Source: a virus (taxonomy: Duplodnaviria > Caudoviricetes). Taken from it: a stretch of 51,821 bases of DNA. The notes under the pieces were generated by a model that was not told the DNA's origin, did not search any database, and saw only the letters and a list, made by a program, of their open reading frames with translations. The stretch spans positions 1 to 51,821 of IMG/VR virus record IMGVR_UViG_3300017754_001798; one strand, 5' to 3'. The translations under genes were made by a program, and so were the position numbers. Of this stretch, positions 29,490 through 37,412 are shown in pieces; position 1 is the stretch's first letter, and every line of letters begins with the position of its first letter.

Positions 29490-30779
29490 TTATTCTACGT
29501 ACACAGATTGACCATGCTTTGCTACAAAGTCTTTGTTGCCCACCACGCACCACAACACAGGTGCATTGGTACGTTGCCACTCATGCCACGCATCACCGTA
29601 GAACTCACCATCGGTTAGCATGATGATGCACTGCGGTGCAATACGCTCGGCTTCGAGGAACTTGGGCACACACTCAGGTTGTGTACCACCGCCACCTCTG
29701 GGCTTCGTGCTATTGACAAGATTGCTGACTTCGTTACCGCGATAGGTTTCCCGTCCTGCTACGTGGCTATCCCAATACAGTAGTTCAACTGTCTCAGGCA
29801 TAACGTCATCACAGATAGACTTCACCTCGCCAAGAAACTGCGCTAAGGTGTTGCCTACATAAGTAGAACCCGATGCGTCTACGCCGATAACAAACGTCTC
29901 TGCCTTCTCGCTTATGGTGCTAGGCATGATGATGTCCACGCCCAGATACCTGCGGTTGGGTCTACGCCATGTTGACTTGTCACCACCACGCGTGTTCGAC
30001 TTGATGAACATACGCAGTGCTTCCTTCCAATCAACTTTCGGATGTAGCAACTCGTCGATACCACGCGGCACTTTGCCTTTCATCTTTCCTGCTAAGATAG
30101 CGCCTTCGCGCAAAGCGTTATCGATATCGTTCGACAACTGTTCCTCTTCCTCTTTCGACAATTCATCAGCACCTGCCCAATCATGATCGTCAAAGTTCTC
30201 TCCGCTCTTACCATGCTTGTCGTTGCCTTCATTGCCTTGACCACTACCAGAAGGACTTCCTGACCCACCGTCAGTTTGTCCCCCAGAGCCGCCGCTACCT
30301 TTGCCATCGCCACCACCGAACTCTTCCTTGAGTAGGTTGTAGACTTGCTTGGTATCCTTGTCACGATACTTCTCATCTAACAAACCAAGCAGAGTTCCAT
30401 CGGGGTTACGCGGCATAGTCACCACAGCCCCATGTGGGTCTGAGTCAATGATCTGAAGATTGATCACGTAGTCCATCGCTGCGTTGGCTAGTCTTGGATT
30501 CTCTTTGGCAATACCCTTCCACACCGTCAGGTGACGGTATGCCTTGTGCATCGCTTCGTGAACCACAACAAACGCAAGCTGCTTGTCATCTAGGGAATCG
30601 ACAAAGGCACGGCCATACGTAACGTCCCTACCGTTTGTCATCGCAGTCGGTACGGTTTCACTAACCGATACCTTGCCCACCATGAACACGCCAGAGAACA
30701 AACAGAAATCTTTGTTTCTCATTAGCTGTGCATGGGCACGTTCGATCCGCTTCTCTGCGGATAGTTTTACTGAAGCCAT
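29490..30779 (-). CDS. Zincin metallopeptidase + vWA domain protein (DUF2201-like)
   Basis: PTAMTNG, HEAMH, NAAMDYVIN; G/S linker; MIDAS DASGS, GGGGT, LTDG. Confidence 0.85.
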   Translation of the reverse strand: MASVKLSAEKRIERAHAQLMRNKDFCLFSGVFMVGKVSVSETVPTAMTNGRDVTYGRAFVDSLDDKQLAFVVVHEAMHKAYRHLTVWKGIAKENPRLANAAMDYVINLQIIDSDPHGAVVTMPRNPDGTLLGLLDEKYRDKDTKQVYNLLKEEFGGGDGKGSGGSGGQTDGGSGSPSGSGQGNEGNDKHGKSGENFDDHDWAGADELSKEEEEQLSNDIDNALREGAILAGKMKGKVPRGIDELLHPKVDWKEALRMFIKSNTRGGDKSTWRRPNRRYLGVDIIMPSTISEKAETFVIGVDASGSTYVGNTLAQFLGEVKSICDDVMPETVELLYWDSHVAGRETYRGNEVSNLVNSTKPRGGGGTQPECVPKFLEAERIAPQCIIMLTDGEFYGDAWHEWQRTNAPVLWCVVGNKDFVAKHGQSVYVE

Positions 30780-31012
30780 TGCAGTTCTCCCTTCTTGTCT
30801 TGTTCGAACTCGTCGATGTGTGTTGATAAACCCTTGATAACTTCGGTTATGAAAGTTTCTTTGGGCATTACGTCGCTGTCGTGCATACTTGCGAGCATGT
30901 AAATCATGGCGGGTATGATGTGCCCGATCTGATACCCGTCGAGTACTTCGTTCATCGTGTTGCAGATCTGCTCTGCTGCGTCTCTTGCTTCTTCCAGTTC
31001 GTGGTCAGTCAT
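30767..31012 (-). CDS. Hypothetical protein
   Basis: 81 aa, AGGAG RBS, between the ATPase and vWA genes. Confidence 0.6.
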   Translation of the reverse strand: MTDHELEEARDAAEQICNTMNEVLDGYQIGHIIPAMIYMLASMHDSDVMPKETFITEVIKGLSTHIDEFEQDKKGELQWLQ

Positions 31013-31021
31013 GTTGTTCTC

Positions 31022-32083
31022 CTAGAACAAGTATTGGTTATCACGCATCCAGTTAATGAACGCGCTGCTAGTCATGAGGATGTTCTTCTTGTCCTCGTTC
31101 TTGCTTGTGGTAACACAGAACACAGATTGCAACTCTTTCGGTGTGCGCTTCAAGTACTCGAACCACGCTCCGATGTTGCCACGATCAATCTTCTGCACCG
31201 CGCTGTACGCCATGATGCACAATGCTGCTGCGTTCGTAGGTACGTTGGCTCCCTTGGGGTTTTTAATAACTTCGTCCCATGTTGGTAAGCTGTCAGCAAC
31301 TTCCACATACGCAAGCAAGTCACGCGCTGAACACTCACCGATAGTCCCGCACAACGCTGCGATCAACGCATTGCGTGAGATGGTGTGACGCTTCAACAAG
31401 ATGTTGCTTGCACGATGCCCTGAACGCTGCGAGAAGAATGACTTCTGCGGTGTCTTCGGATTGAAGATGTGGTTGTTATCCTTCTGCGATGGGTCTTTGT
31501 AGGAAGCCATCACCTCTGGATACTGACGTACGAAAGCCAGCAACTCAGGTGCATAGTTCATACGCGTACCGTAGTCCACATACTCTTCCCATGTCGCCTT
31601 GCGTACTGGAACCACCGTCATACGATTCAAGCTGTGTGCTTTCAGCATGTCGCCCACGCCATCGGACAGATTGTTACCTGCTGTGATAACAAAGCTATCT
31701 GGATGTAGTTTCATCCCACCAATGCGACGCTCGTTCAACAGTGGGTGCAACATGTTCTGCACTGCTTGGCTCGAAGGCTTGGTGAACTCGTCGATAAAGA
31801 TCACCATTGGTTCTTGCTTATGGAAACCCCAAACCTCGTTAGGATAGAGAGATGTTGTCTTGGTCTCATGGTTGGGCATCGGGATACCAATGTCACCCAA
31901 CTCGGTGTTTGGTGTGTCGATGTACACACCGCGATAGCCTGTGCGTTGTACCAGACGCTCGTACATTGCTGTTTTGCCAATCCCAGGTTCGCCCACCAGA
32001 TGGATGGCGTTCTGCGTACCGACGTTCAAGATGAGTTCTTCTGCTTCAGCAAGGGATACTTCCACGTTCATGCGAATTTCCAT
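31022..32083 (-). CDS. MoxR-like AAA+ ATPase
   Basis: Walker A GEPGIGKT, Walker B IFIDE, ITAGN sensor, LNRM arginine finger; adjacent vWA gene. Confidence 0.85.
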   Translation of the reverse strand: MEIRMNVEVSLAEAEELILNVGTQNAIHLVGEPGIGKTAMYERLVQRTGYRGVYIDTPNTELGDIGIPMPNHETKTTSLYPNEVWGFHKQEPMVIFIDEFTKPSSQAVQNMLHPLLNERRIGGMKLHPDSFVITAGNNLSDGVGDMLKAHSLNRMTVVPVRKATWEEYVDYGTRMNYAPELLAFVRQYPEVMASYKDPSQKDNNHIFNPKTPQKSFFSQRSGHRASNILLKRHTISRNALIAALCGTIGECSARDLLAYVEVADSLPTWDEVIKNPKGANVPTNAAALCIMAYSAVQKIDRGNIGAWFEYLKRTPKELQSVFCVTTSKNEDKKNILMTSSAFINWMRDNQYLF

Positions 32084-32128
32084 TTTTATTCTCCTAGTTG
32101 TGACATTCTGACGGGATGTCAGTTTGTC

Positions 32129-33133
32129 TTAGATTGCAAACGGCATTGCTGCACCGTCTGATTTGTAGTCCACGTACTTGCTGTTCTCATCGAGAACAAC
32201 TTTGCCCTTCTCTACTGCTTCCTTCTTGAATAGGTAATCAGCGTAGTGATACCGGCACAGCTCATAAAAGAAGTCCCGCGCCGCCTGCGGCGTGATCGCA
32301 TACTTGTATATCTGCGCTGCCCAGTCGTACTGCTTGTTCGCTGCGTTGACCACCAACTGCTCTGCCAATGGCAGAAAGTTAGTCAACTTGTCCTCTCCTG
32401 TTACGAACATAGCCAAGTTCAGCATGTAGAAAAACTCCTCCCTCTCTCGTATCTGTGGCTTGCTGTTCCACCGCAAGTCGCCCTTGATCACCGACAGCTT
32501 CTTCTGCTGGATGATGTCAGACGCCGCCCGCGTACCTACCATCTGTGAGTAGTAAGTTAGGTATTCGGTGAACTCGGCGTAGTGTTTCCTGACCCTTGCC
32601 ATCATGTCCTTGTCCAGCACCCACGCGTACTCGGATGCGCCACCGGTTACCTCGTTGTACATGCCCAACTTAAGTACGCTCTCGAACCTATGCTCACCAT
32701 TGGCAGGTGACCCGTCACAGAAATACAGCTTGCCCCGCCGTCTAGTGATACCCGCCCACTTCGAGTTCCCAGAACCAAAATCGCTACGTGCAGCGAATCC
32801 CGCATTGGCCGATTGGCACTGGTTAAACCTGCTACGCAAGACCGTATTGATGAAGTCCATTGTCCCTATGGTTTCCCACGAACCATGTTTAAGCACTATG
32901 CTGTCGTCTGGGTAAAACGTAATTACTGGGCAGGTGTGGAAAGAGAGAATGACCGATCCCACTTTGCCATCAACGTCAGTGCTTGTTGTGATCAAGCTCC
33001 TGTCATACCGGCGGTTGTTACCCAACGGACGCAGCCCCTTGCTCCGCCCCCTCTTGTACGGTTGCCTGCTTTGATACCAAGCTAATGCTTCAGCGAAAGT
33101 GCTGAGTTTTGGCAGATCGTCTCCTCGGTACAT
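32129..33133 (-). CDS. Hypothetical early protein
   Basis: 334 aa, AGGAGG RBS. Confidence 0.7.
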   Translation of the reverse strand: MYRGDDLPKLSTFAEALAWYQSRQPYKRGRSKGLRPLGNNRRYDRSLITTSTDVDGKVGSVILSFHTCPVITFYPDDSIVLKHGSWETIGTMDFINTVLRSRFNQCQSANAGFAARSDFGSGNSKWAGITRRRGKLYFCDGSPANGEHRFESVLKLGMYNEVTGGASEYAWVLDKDMMARVRKHYAEFTEYLTYYSQMVGTRAASDIIQQKKLSVIKGDLRWNSKPQIREREEFFYMLNLAMFVTGEDKLTNFLPLAEQLVVNAANKQYDWAAQIYKYAITPQAARDFFYELCRYHYADYLFKKEAVEKGKVVLDENSKYVDYKSDGAAMPFAI

Positions 33134-33135
33134 AG

Positions 33136-33330
33136 TTAACCCTCCTTGATCATCTCGAACTGAATCCCCTCAGCGGTGCGAACCAACCGCACCTCCCCGT
33201 CTGCCACCTTGACCAACCCCTCTTTGATGATGGCTAGGATTGTCACTAGCCTCGATAGCTTGTTGATAAGATGATAGGCATAGAGTGCCTGCCCCAGACA
33301 AATAACCCCAAGTACGATTACTGACTCCAT
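33136..33330 (-). CDS. Small membrane-associated protein
   Basis: 64 aa, hydrophobic N-terminus, GGAGG RBS. Confidence 0.55.
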   Translation of the reverse strand: MESVIVLGVICLGQALYAYHLINKLSRLVTILAIIKEGLVKVADGEVRLVRTAEGIQFEMIKEG

Positions 33331-33331
33331 C

Positions 33332-33571
33332 TCATACCTCCCCTACCTGTTTAACCTGCTCTGCGATTGTGTTGATCAGCACCTGCATGGCTGTGATCAC
33401 CGCGACTTTGTCCTTCGGTTCGAGCGTCTCGATTATTGTGTATGCGTACTCGTAGGCTTCGCCGATTGACCCCTTGGTTGCAAACATAGGCGCTTGAAGC
33501 CCGCTTGCTAGTTTGATAATGTCATCACGGGCTGCGTCTTGTGCTGCGTACTGCGCTTCGATTGATCTCAT
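33332..33571 (-). CDS. Hypothetical early protein
   Basis: 79 aa, AGGAG RBS just downstream of a dyad copy. Confidence 0.65.
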   Translation of the reverse strand: MRSIEAQYAAQDAARDDIIKLASGLQAPMFATKGSIGEAYEYAYTIIETLEPKDKVAVITAMQVLINTIAEQVKQVGEV

Positions 33572-33605
33572 GTTGCTCTCCTAGTTGAGACAAACTGACG
33601 GGATG

Positions 33606-33812
33606 TCAGATTGTCGTTGCGTTTATTTCGTTTATTTCTGCTTTCATTTTGTTAACTTCGGTTACCCTGAGTTGCGCGTTGAGGCGTAGCTGCACCTCGC
33701 GAATTGGCTCGGACTGCTTACCAAAGAAGCCATACAGCAGGGCGTTGTTCTCCCTGATGCGTTGCTCGTCCGCTTCCCTACGAAGTTTGTATAAGTCTTT
33801 ACTGGTTGGCAT
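33606..33812 (-). CDS. Hypothetical early protein
   Basis: From MPTSKDLY; TGA stop lies inside the dyad at 33589-33615. Confidence 0.55.
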   Translation of the reverse strand: MPTSKDLYKLRREADEQRIRENNALLYGFFGKQSEPIREVQLRLNAQLRVTEVNKMKAEINEINATTI

Positions 33813-33813
33813 G

Positions 33814-33927
33814 TCACTTCCCCCAAAAGCCAAGTAACAGCATCAGCAATGCGCCGATAGCCGTACCCAAGATTGCGCCAATGACGGCGGTTATGATTGC
33901 AATTACTTCGTTCTCGTCCAGTTTCAT
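33814..33927 (-). CDS. 37-aa single-TM peptide (not in ORF track)
   Basis: MKLDENEVIAIITAVIGAILGTAIGALLMLLLGFWGK*, GGAG RBS, ATGA overlap, fills the gap between neighbouring genes. Confidence 0.6.
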   Translation of the reverse strand: MKLDENEVIAIITAVIGAILGTAIGALLMLLLGFWGK

Positions 33928-34115
33928 TTCGTTCTCCATCTCAAATCGTTCATTGTCATCACCTCGCGGTAGTAGATACGGGCATACCGCTTGAACTCAG
34001 GCTCGTCAGGGAACAGCACACGAGCATAAACCTCTGCTGCTTCTTTCGTATCAAACAGCGTAGGCATGACGTACTCCTCGTCATGCTCCCCTCGCACATA
34101 CCAGACCTGATTCAT
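33924..34115 (-). CDS. Hypothetical early protein
   Basis: From MNQVWYVRG, GAGG RBS, ATGA overlap. Confidence 0.6.
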   Translation of the reverse strand: MNQVWYVRGEHDEEYVMPTLFDTKEAAEVYARVLFPDEPEFKRYARIYYREVMTMNDLRWRTK

Positions 34116-34324
34116 GTTGTCCTCTTTGGGTTGAGTTGCTTCAGTGTCTCGATGCTGCTGATGTAGTAATAGTTGCTCTTGTTCAGCGGCGCGATGCAAT
34201 GCTTCACTTTCTTAGCTGCTTCCTCGCCACACTGGACGCAGGTTTTGTAGCCAAGTTTGTAACGTGCATGGGCGATGAACCCGCCGCACACTACGCATAA
34301 GTACCTCGTATCTTCGTTACTCAT
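34112..34324 (-). CDS. DksA/TraR-like C4 zinc-finger protein
   Basis: CVVCGGFIAHARYKLGYKTCVQC. Confidence 0.7.
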   Translation of the reverse strand: MSNEDTRYLCVVCGGFIAHARYKLGYKTCVQCGEEAAKKVKHCIAPLNKSNYYYISSIETLKQLNPKRTT

Positions 34325-34523
34325 CCTTGCCTCCCTTCGCTGCTAGGTAACTCTCTAGCGCCTTGATTAGATTGTTACGCTCTATTACCCGCTGCATTAC
34401 CTCCTGCTTGGTGCAGCAAGTTGCGGGTTTTAGCTGTCTCAGGCACATGGCAAACAGCTTGTCGTATGTAGCGGTTAGCTGCTCCACGTTGGCTTTTATC
34501 TCCGCGACTCGCTCGTTACTCAT
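34317..34523 (-). CDS. Hypothetical early protein
   Basis: From MSNERVAEIK, GAGGAG RBS, 8-nt overlaps at both ends. Confidence 0.55.
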   Translation of the reverse strand: MSNERVAEIKANVEQLTATYDKLFAMCLRQLKPATCCTKQEVMQRVIERNNLIKALESYLAAKGGKDE

Positions 34524-34707
34524 TTGGCATCTCCTCATTACTTTCGGCGTTGCTTTGGGGCAGCGTCTCTGGGTCTGTCCTTGCACATGCTTGGCAGATG
34601 GTGTGTCCGTAAGCTAGGCGGGTTTTGCCGATTGGGTTGGTCAGGCAGCGTCTGCATGTGTTTGGGTTGCGTGGGTTGTGTGCATGTTTGCGTTGTTGTT
34701 TAGACAT
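34516..34707 (-). CDS. Second DksA/TraR-like C4 zinc-finger protein
   Basis: CRRCLTNPIGKTRLAYGHTICQAC; ATG and SD lie within a dyad copy. Confidence 0.55.
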   Translation of the reverse strand: MSKQQRKHAHNPRNPNTCRRCLTNPIGKTRLAYGHTICQACARTDPETLPQSNAESNEEMPNE

Positions 34708-34888
34708 CCTGACCACCTGTCAGTTTGTCGTTGTTTTTGTGATACGCATCGGCAGCTTCGTTGACCCGCAACTGCTCTGCGTACATGTGGTTGAGTTCGT
34801 GCTGTGCCCACATGTATTCCTCGCGGTCGGTGTTTGGATTGGCAAGGATGTGGCGCAGATACGAGGCGCGGTTGAATAAGTCGGACAT
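34700..34888 (-). CDS. First gene of the leftward early operon, hypothetical
   Basis: 62 aa; GGAGG SD is the N5 centre of the dyad at 34884-34910. Confidence 0.6.
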   Translation of the reverse strand: MSDLFNRASYLRHILANPNTDREEYMWAQHELNHMYAEQLRVNEAADAYHKNNDKLTGGQDV

Positions 34889-34948
34889 GATGACCCTCCG
34901 TCAGATTGTCGTTGGTTACGTTAGGGGCGATCTCCCACTAACCCCTCT

Positions 34949-34977
34949 ATTATAGCATAATAACTATACAAAGTCAA
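34949..34977 (-). promoter_or_regulatory. Strong sigma70 early promoter
   Basis: TTGACT-17 nt-TATAAT with extended -10 TG. Confidence 0.85.
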
Positions 34978-35252
34978 GTTAGTGTCTGGTGTGTGGAGTG
35001 GTTGTCTTGCATGATAGGAAGAGAGGGAGTGTGGGTCAAATACTTCTCGGAGCAATTTGCACCGGTGCAAGTTCAAGATGAAAAGCTATTTGCACTGACA
35101 CACGGCGTTGCTTGTGGTGTAGTGGGACGGGATGGAGTGAGCTACGTGAGCCACGGGTAATGGTGTTGTTCTGGATTGTTCGGGGGTTTGGGAAAAATAG
35201 AGAACAAATGCGAGAATGGCAACGGTTTTGGCGAGGAGGCAAAGTCCAATAA

Positions 35253-35265
35253 AATCAACGACTTA
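35253..35265 (+). promoter_or_regulatory. IHF-consensus site 1
   Basis: AATCAACGACTTA matches WATCAANNNNTTR. Confidence 0.55.
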
Positions 35266-35283
35266 CGGCGTTGTAAATGTTGT

Positions 35284-35626
35284 TAATGTTGCTATTGTTC
35301 GAAAAAAAAAAATTAGAGAACATTAGGTCTAGCAAAAATGCGGATTGTACGGAATGTTCTAATGTTCTTTAGTTTAGAGAGAGCGGAGCTAAAATCGCTG
35401 TTGCTATTTGTAGAAGATGTGGGGCTGCACTTGCCAAGAGGCGCGTTCGAAGTCAAAAATCCGTACATGCTGAAAAACGTCGGAACATTAGAACATTATA
35501 GAACAATTAACGAAATTTTGATAACATTTTGAGACAAAACCCAATATAATCAATGAGTTACACGCGATTTATAATGTTCGAAAATTTTCTTGTAATGTTC
35601 TGCGTTTTTGGTTTTTTCGAACATTA
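35284..35626. repeat. AT-rich cluster of GAACATTA/TAATGTTC octamers (iteron-like)
   Basis: Exact copies at 35318, 35360, 35483, 35491, 35572, 35593, 35619; partial copies at 35284, 35294, 35353, 35501. Confidence 0.7.
35548..35560 (+). promoter_or_regulatory. IHF-consensus site 2
   Basis: AATCAATGAGTTA matches WATCAANNNNTTR. Confidence 0.55.
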
Positions 35627-35687
35627 GGGACAAAATGACGCCTTGTCAGGATGTCGAACTTAAAAAACTGCAATAGGGAGAGTTTAC

Positions 35688-35762
35688 TGCCTATTTTTTA
35701 AGCAGATTGCCTATTTTTTAGGCACTGCCTATTTTTTAAGCAGATTGCCTATTTTTTAGGCA
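35688..35762. repeat. Four tandem 17-bp quasi-palindromes TGCCTATTTTTTA(A/G)GCA (Fis-consensus-like)
   Basis: Copies at 35688, 35708, 35726, 35746 (38-bp unit x2); inner 15-mer fits G-N2-YR-N5-YR-N2-C. Confidence 0.8.
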
Positions 35763-35787
35763 GCGCGTGGGGAATTCCCATGCAAGT

Positions 35788-35812
35788 GGCTACCGCGTTG
35801 GTATGACCGTTC
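35788..35812 (+). repeat. 25-bp direct repeat, copy 1
   Basis: GGCTACCGCGTTGGTATGACCGTTC, identical to 36576-36600. Confidence 0.9.
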
Positions 35813-35875
35813 TCTCCTCTATATTGCAAAGACAACAACACTATTGAAAAGACAAAGCTCATAGATAAATACAAT

Positions 35876-35904
35876 TTGATAGGATGATAGGAAAACGAGA
35901 TAAT
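35876..35904 (+). promoter_or_regulatory. Putative sigma70 promoter of cassette 1
   Basis: TTGATA-17 nt-GATAAT; homologous sequence recurs at about 36701-36731. Confidence 0.55.
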
Positions 35905-35955
35905 TATCCCTGACGAACTGACATGGGGTCAGCAAGTCGTAACTTGGAGAAACAA

Positions 35956-36519
35956 ATGAGTGCAATCAAGTCCGGCGAAATGTTCGCCCGTAGTGAGATC
36001 GAAGCAACCGAAGCCCTTGAAGTATTCGCCCGCGATGTCGGAACCGAGCCAACCTATGAGGCGTGGAACGCCGCCCGCGTGGACTTCATCAACGGCTACG
36101 TGATGGTCAAGCCGCAAGCCAAAGGCGATGCCTCTGACAAGGCATTCCAGCGATTCAAGGATCGGCTTGTAGATCGTTTTGGTATCACCGTACCAAAGGC
36201 CACTAGCGAAGGCGCGATCAAGAAAGCCGCCGAGCGCAAGGCCAAAGAGGAAAAGCTTGTAGCGAAGTATGCGGACGCTACGCCGACTCTGCTACGCTCC
36301 CAGATCGAGGCGTGCTATCAGACTCTAGCCAAGAATCCGGATAGCAAGGTAGCCAAAGCGCAAGCCGCCGAGCTTGGCAAGGTTTTGAAGATCAAGACCC
36401 GCGAAACCGACAAGGCCGAGCGTGGTGAGATCAAGGCGATCAAGGATGATATCCGCGAAGCCCTGAAGCTTTGCGATGATGCTACCAAGCTTGAAGCCGC
36501 ACTCGAAGCCTTGCAGTAA
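35956..36519 (+). CDS. Helical hypothetical protein, paralog A
   Basis: GGAGA RBS then ATG at 35956; aligns with 36783-37412. Confidence 0.8.
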   Translation: MSAIKSGEMFARSEIEATEALEVFARDVGTEPTYEAWNAARVDFINGYVMVKPQAKGDASDKAFQRFKDRLVDRFGITVPKATSEGAIKKAAERKAKEEKLVAKYADATPTLLRSQIEACYQTLAKNPDSKVAKAQAAELGKVLKIKTRETDKAERGEIKAIKDDIREALKLCDDATKLEAALEALQ

Positions 36520-36537
36520 TCCGATCAACCCAACCAG

Positions 36538-36560
36538 ACCCGCCGAAAGGCGGGTTTTTT
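36538..36560 (+). terminator. Intrinsic terminator
   Basis: ACCCGCC-GAAA-GGCGGGT followed by a T-run. Confidence 0.9.
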
Positions 36561-36575
36561 ATTTTTGCTCAAAAA

Positions 36576-36600
36576 GGCTACCGCGTTGGTATGACCGTTC
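36576..36600 (+). repeat. 25-bp direct repeat, copy 2
   Basis: Identical to 35788-35812. Confidence 0.9.
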
Positions 36601-36782
36601 CCTTCCCTTTTTTATAACATTTCCTATTGACGTAGTGACAAGCTGGTCATCATGTCGGACCAGCAGCTATTAAATTCCCTATCATGATAGTGACAATCAA
36701 TTGGATAAGATCATAGGAAACGCGAGATAATCCCCGTACTGGTTCAGCAATTGGGCTGACCAGTTTTTTAGGGAGAATCACC

Positions 36783-37412
36783 ATGGAGAAATCCATCATC
36801 GCCGAGCAGGTATCTGCTCTGTCCGCCGAGCAGTCATTGACTGCTAAAGACTGCGGTTTCCAGTATGCACGGAATCAATTAGCTGTTTTCGAAAACGCTA
36901 GGGATTATGCTGGCATGCTGGGCACTGATCCTACATTCGACCAGTGGGAAGCTGGCCGCTTGCAGTGGGTTTCTGGGTACGTGGAAGCAAACCCAGCCAA
37001 TACTGGTAATGCAGCCGACAAGGCTTGGGACCGCTTTTCTGGTTTGCTGAATGAGTTTTTCGGGTTAGTCAAACCGAAATCAGCCAGCGCAGCAGCAGAG
37101 AAAAAGCGTATCGAGCGCGAGAAAAAGCAGCAGGAACTACTGGAAAAACATGGTGATTTGACTCCGACCATGATTCGCGCCCAGATGGAAGCAGCATATC
37201 AAACCCTCGCCAAGAACCCGACCAACAAGGAAGCAGCGAAGCAGGTTAAAGAACTGGACAAGGTTTTGAAGGTGAAGCAGTCAGCCGAGAACAAGCAGCA
37301 CGGCGAAGAACTGAAGTCACTCAGAACCGAAGTCAAAGACGCAGTTGGCAAGTGTACCAATATCGGTTTGCTTGAATCTGTACTGGCAGCATTGACTGAA
37401 GCAGCAGAGTAA
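36783..37412 (+). CDS. Helical hypothetical protein, paralog B
   Basis: 209 aa, AGGGAG RBS; GTDPTFDQW and YQTLAKNP match paralog A. Confidence 0.8.
   Translation: MEKSIIAEQVSALSAEQSLTAKDCGFQYARNQLAVFENARDYAGMLGTDPTFDQWEAGRLQWVSGYVEANPANTGNAADKAWDRFSGLLNEFFGLVKPKSASAAAEKKRIEREKKQQELLEKHGDLTPTMIRAQMEAAYQTLAKNPTNKEAAKQVKELDKVLKVKQSAENKQHGEELKSLRTEVKDAVGKCTNIGLLESVLAALTEAAE

Larger units (their letters stand above)
27655..36656. repeat. Dispersed 27-bp dyad GACA-N3-TGAC-N5-GTCA-N3-TGTC (at least 10 copies)
   Basis: Exact at 27655, 32102, 33589, 34703, 34884, 35629; near-exact at 28811, 30254, 35912; N6-centre variant at 36629. Confidence 0.9.

Noticed and set aside
32382-32392. GTCAACTTGTC as another dyad copy
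   Set aside because: Only a half-site; the partner half is absent, so it was not counted.
35353-35504. GTTC/GAAC repeats as LexA boxes
   Set aside because: Direct-repeat spacing is N4 or N6, not the alphaproteobacterial N7, and no GAAC-N4-GTTC inverted box was seen.
35036-35532. Short ORFs 35036-35242 (-) and 35338-35532 (+)
   Set aside because: No convincing RBS; they lie in repeat-rich regulatory DNA and the translations reflect the repeats.
27655-36656. 27-bp dyads as a CRISPR array, or as matS or cop/cus boxes
   Set aside because: Copies are hundreds to thousands of bp apart with genes between them and no cas operon; matS has TGAC-N3-GTCA and cus boxes TGAC-N6-GTCA, whereas nine of ten copies here are N5 with extra outer tetramers.
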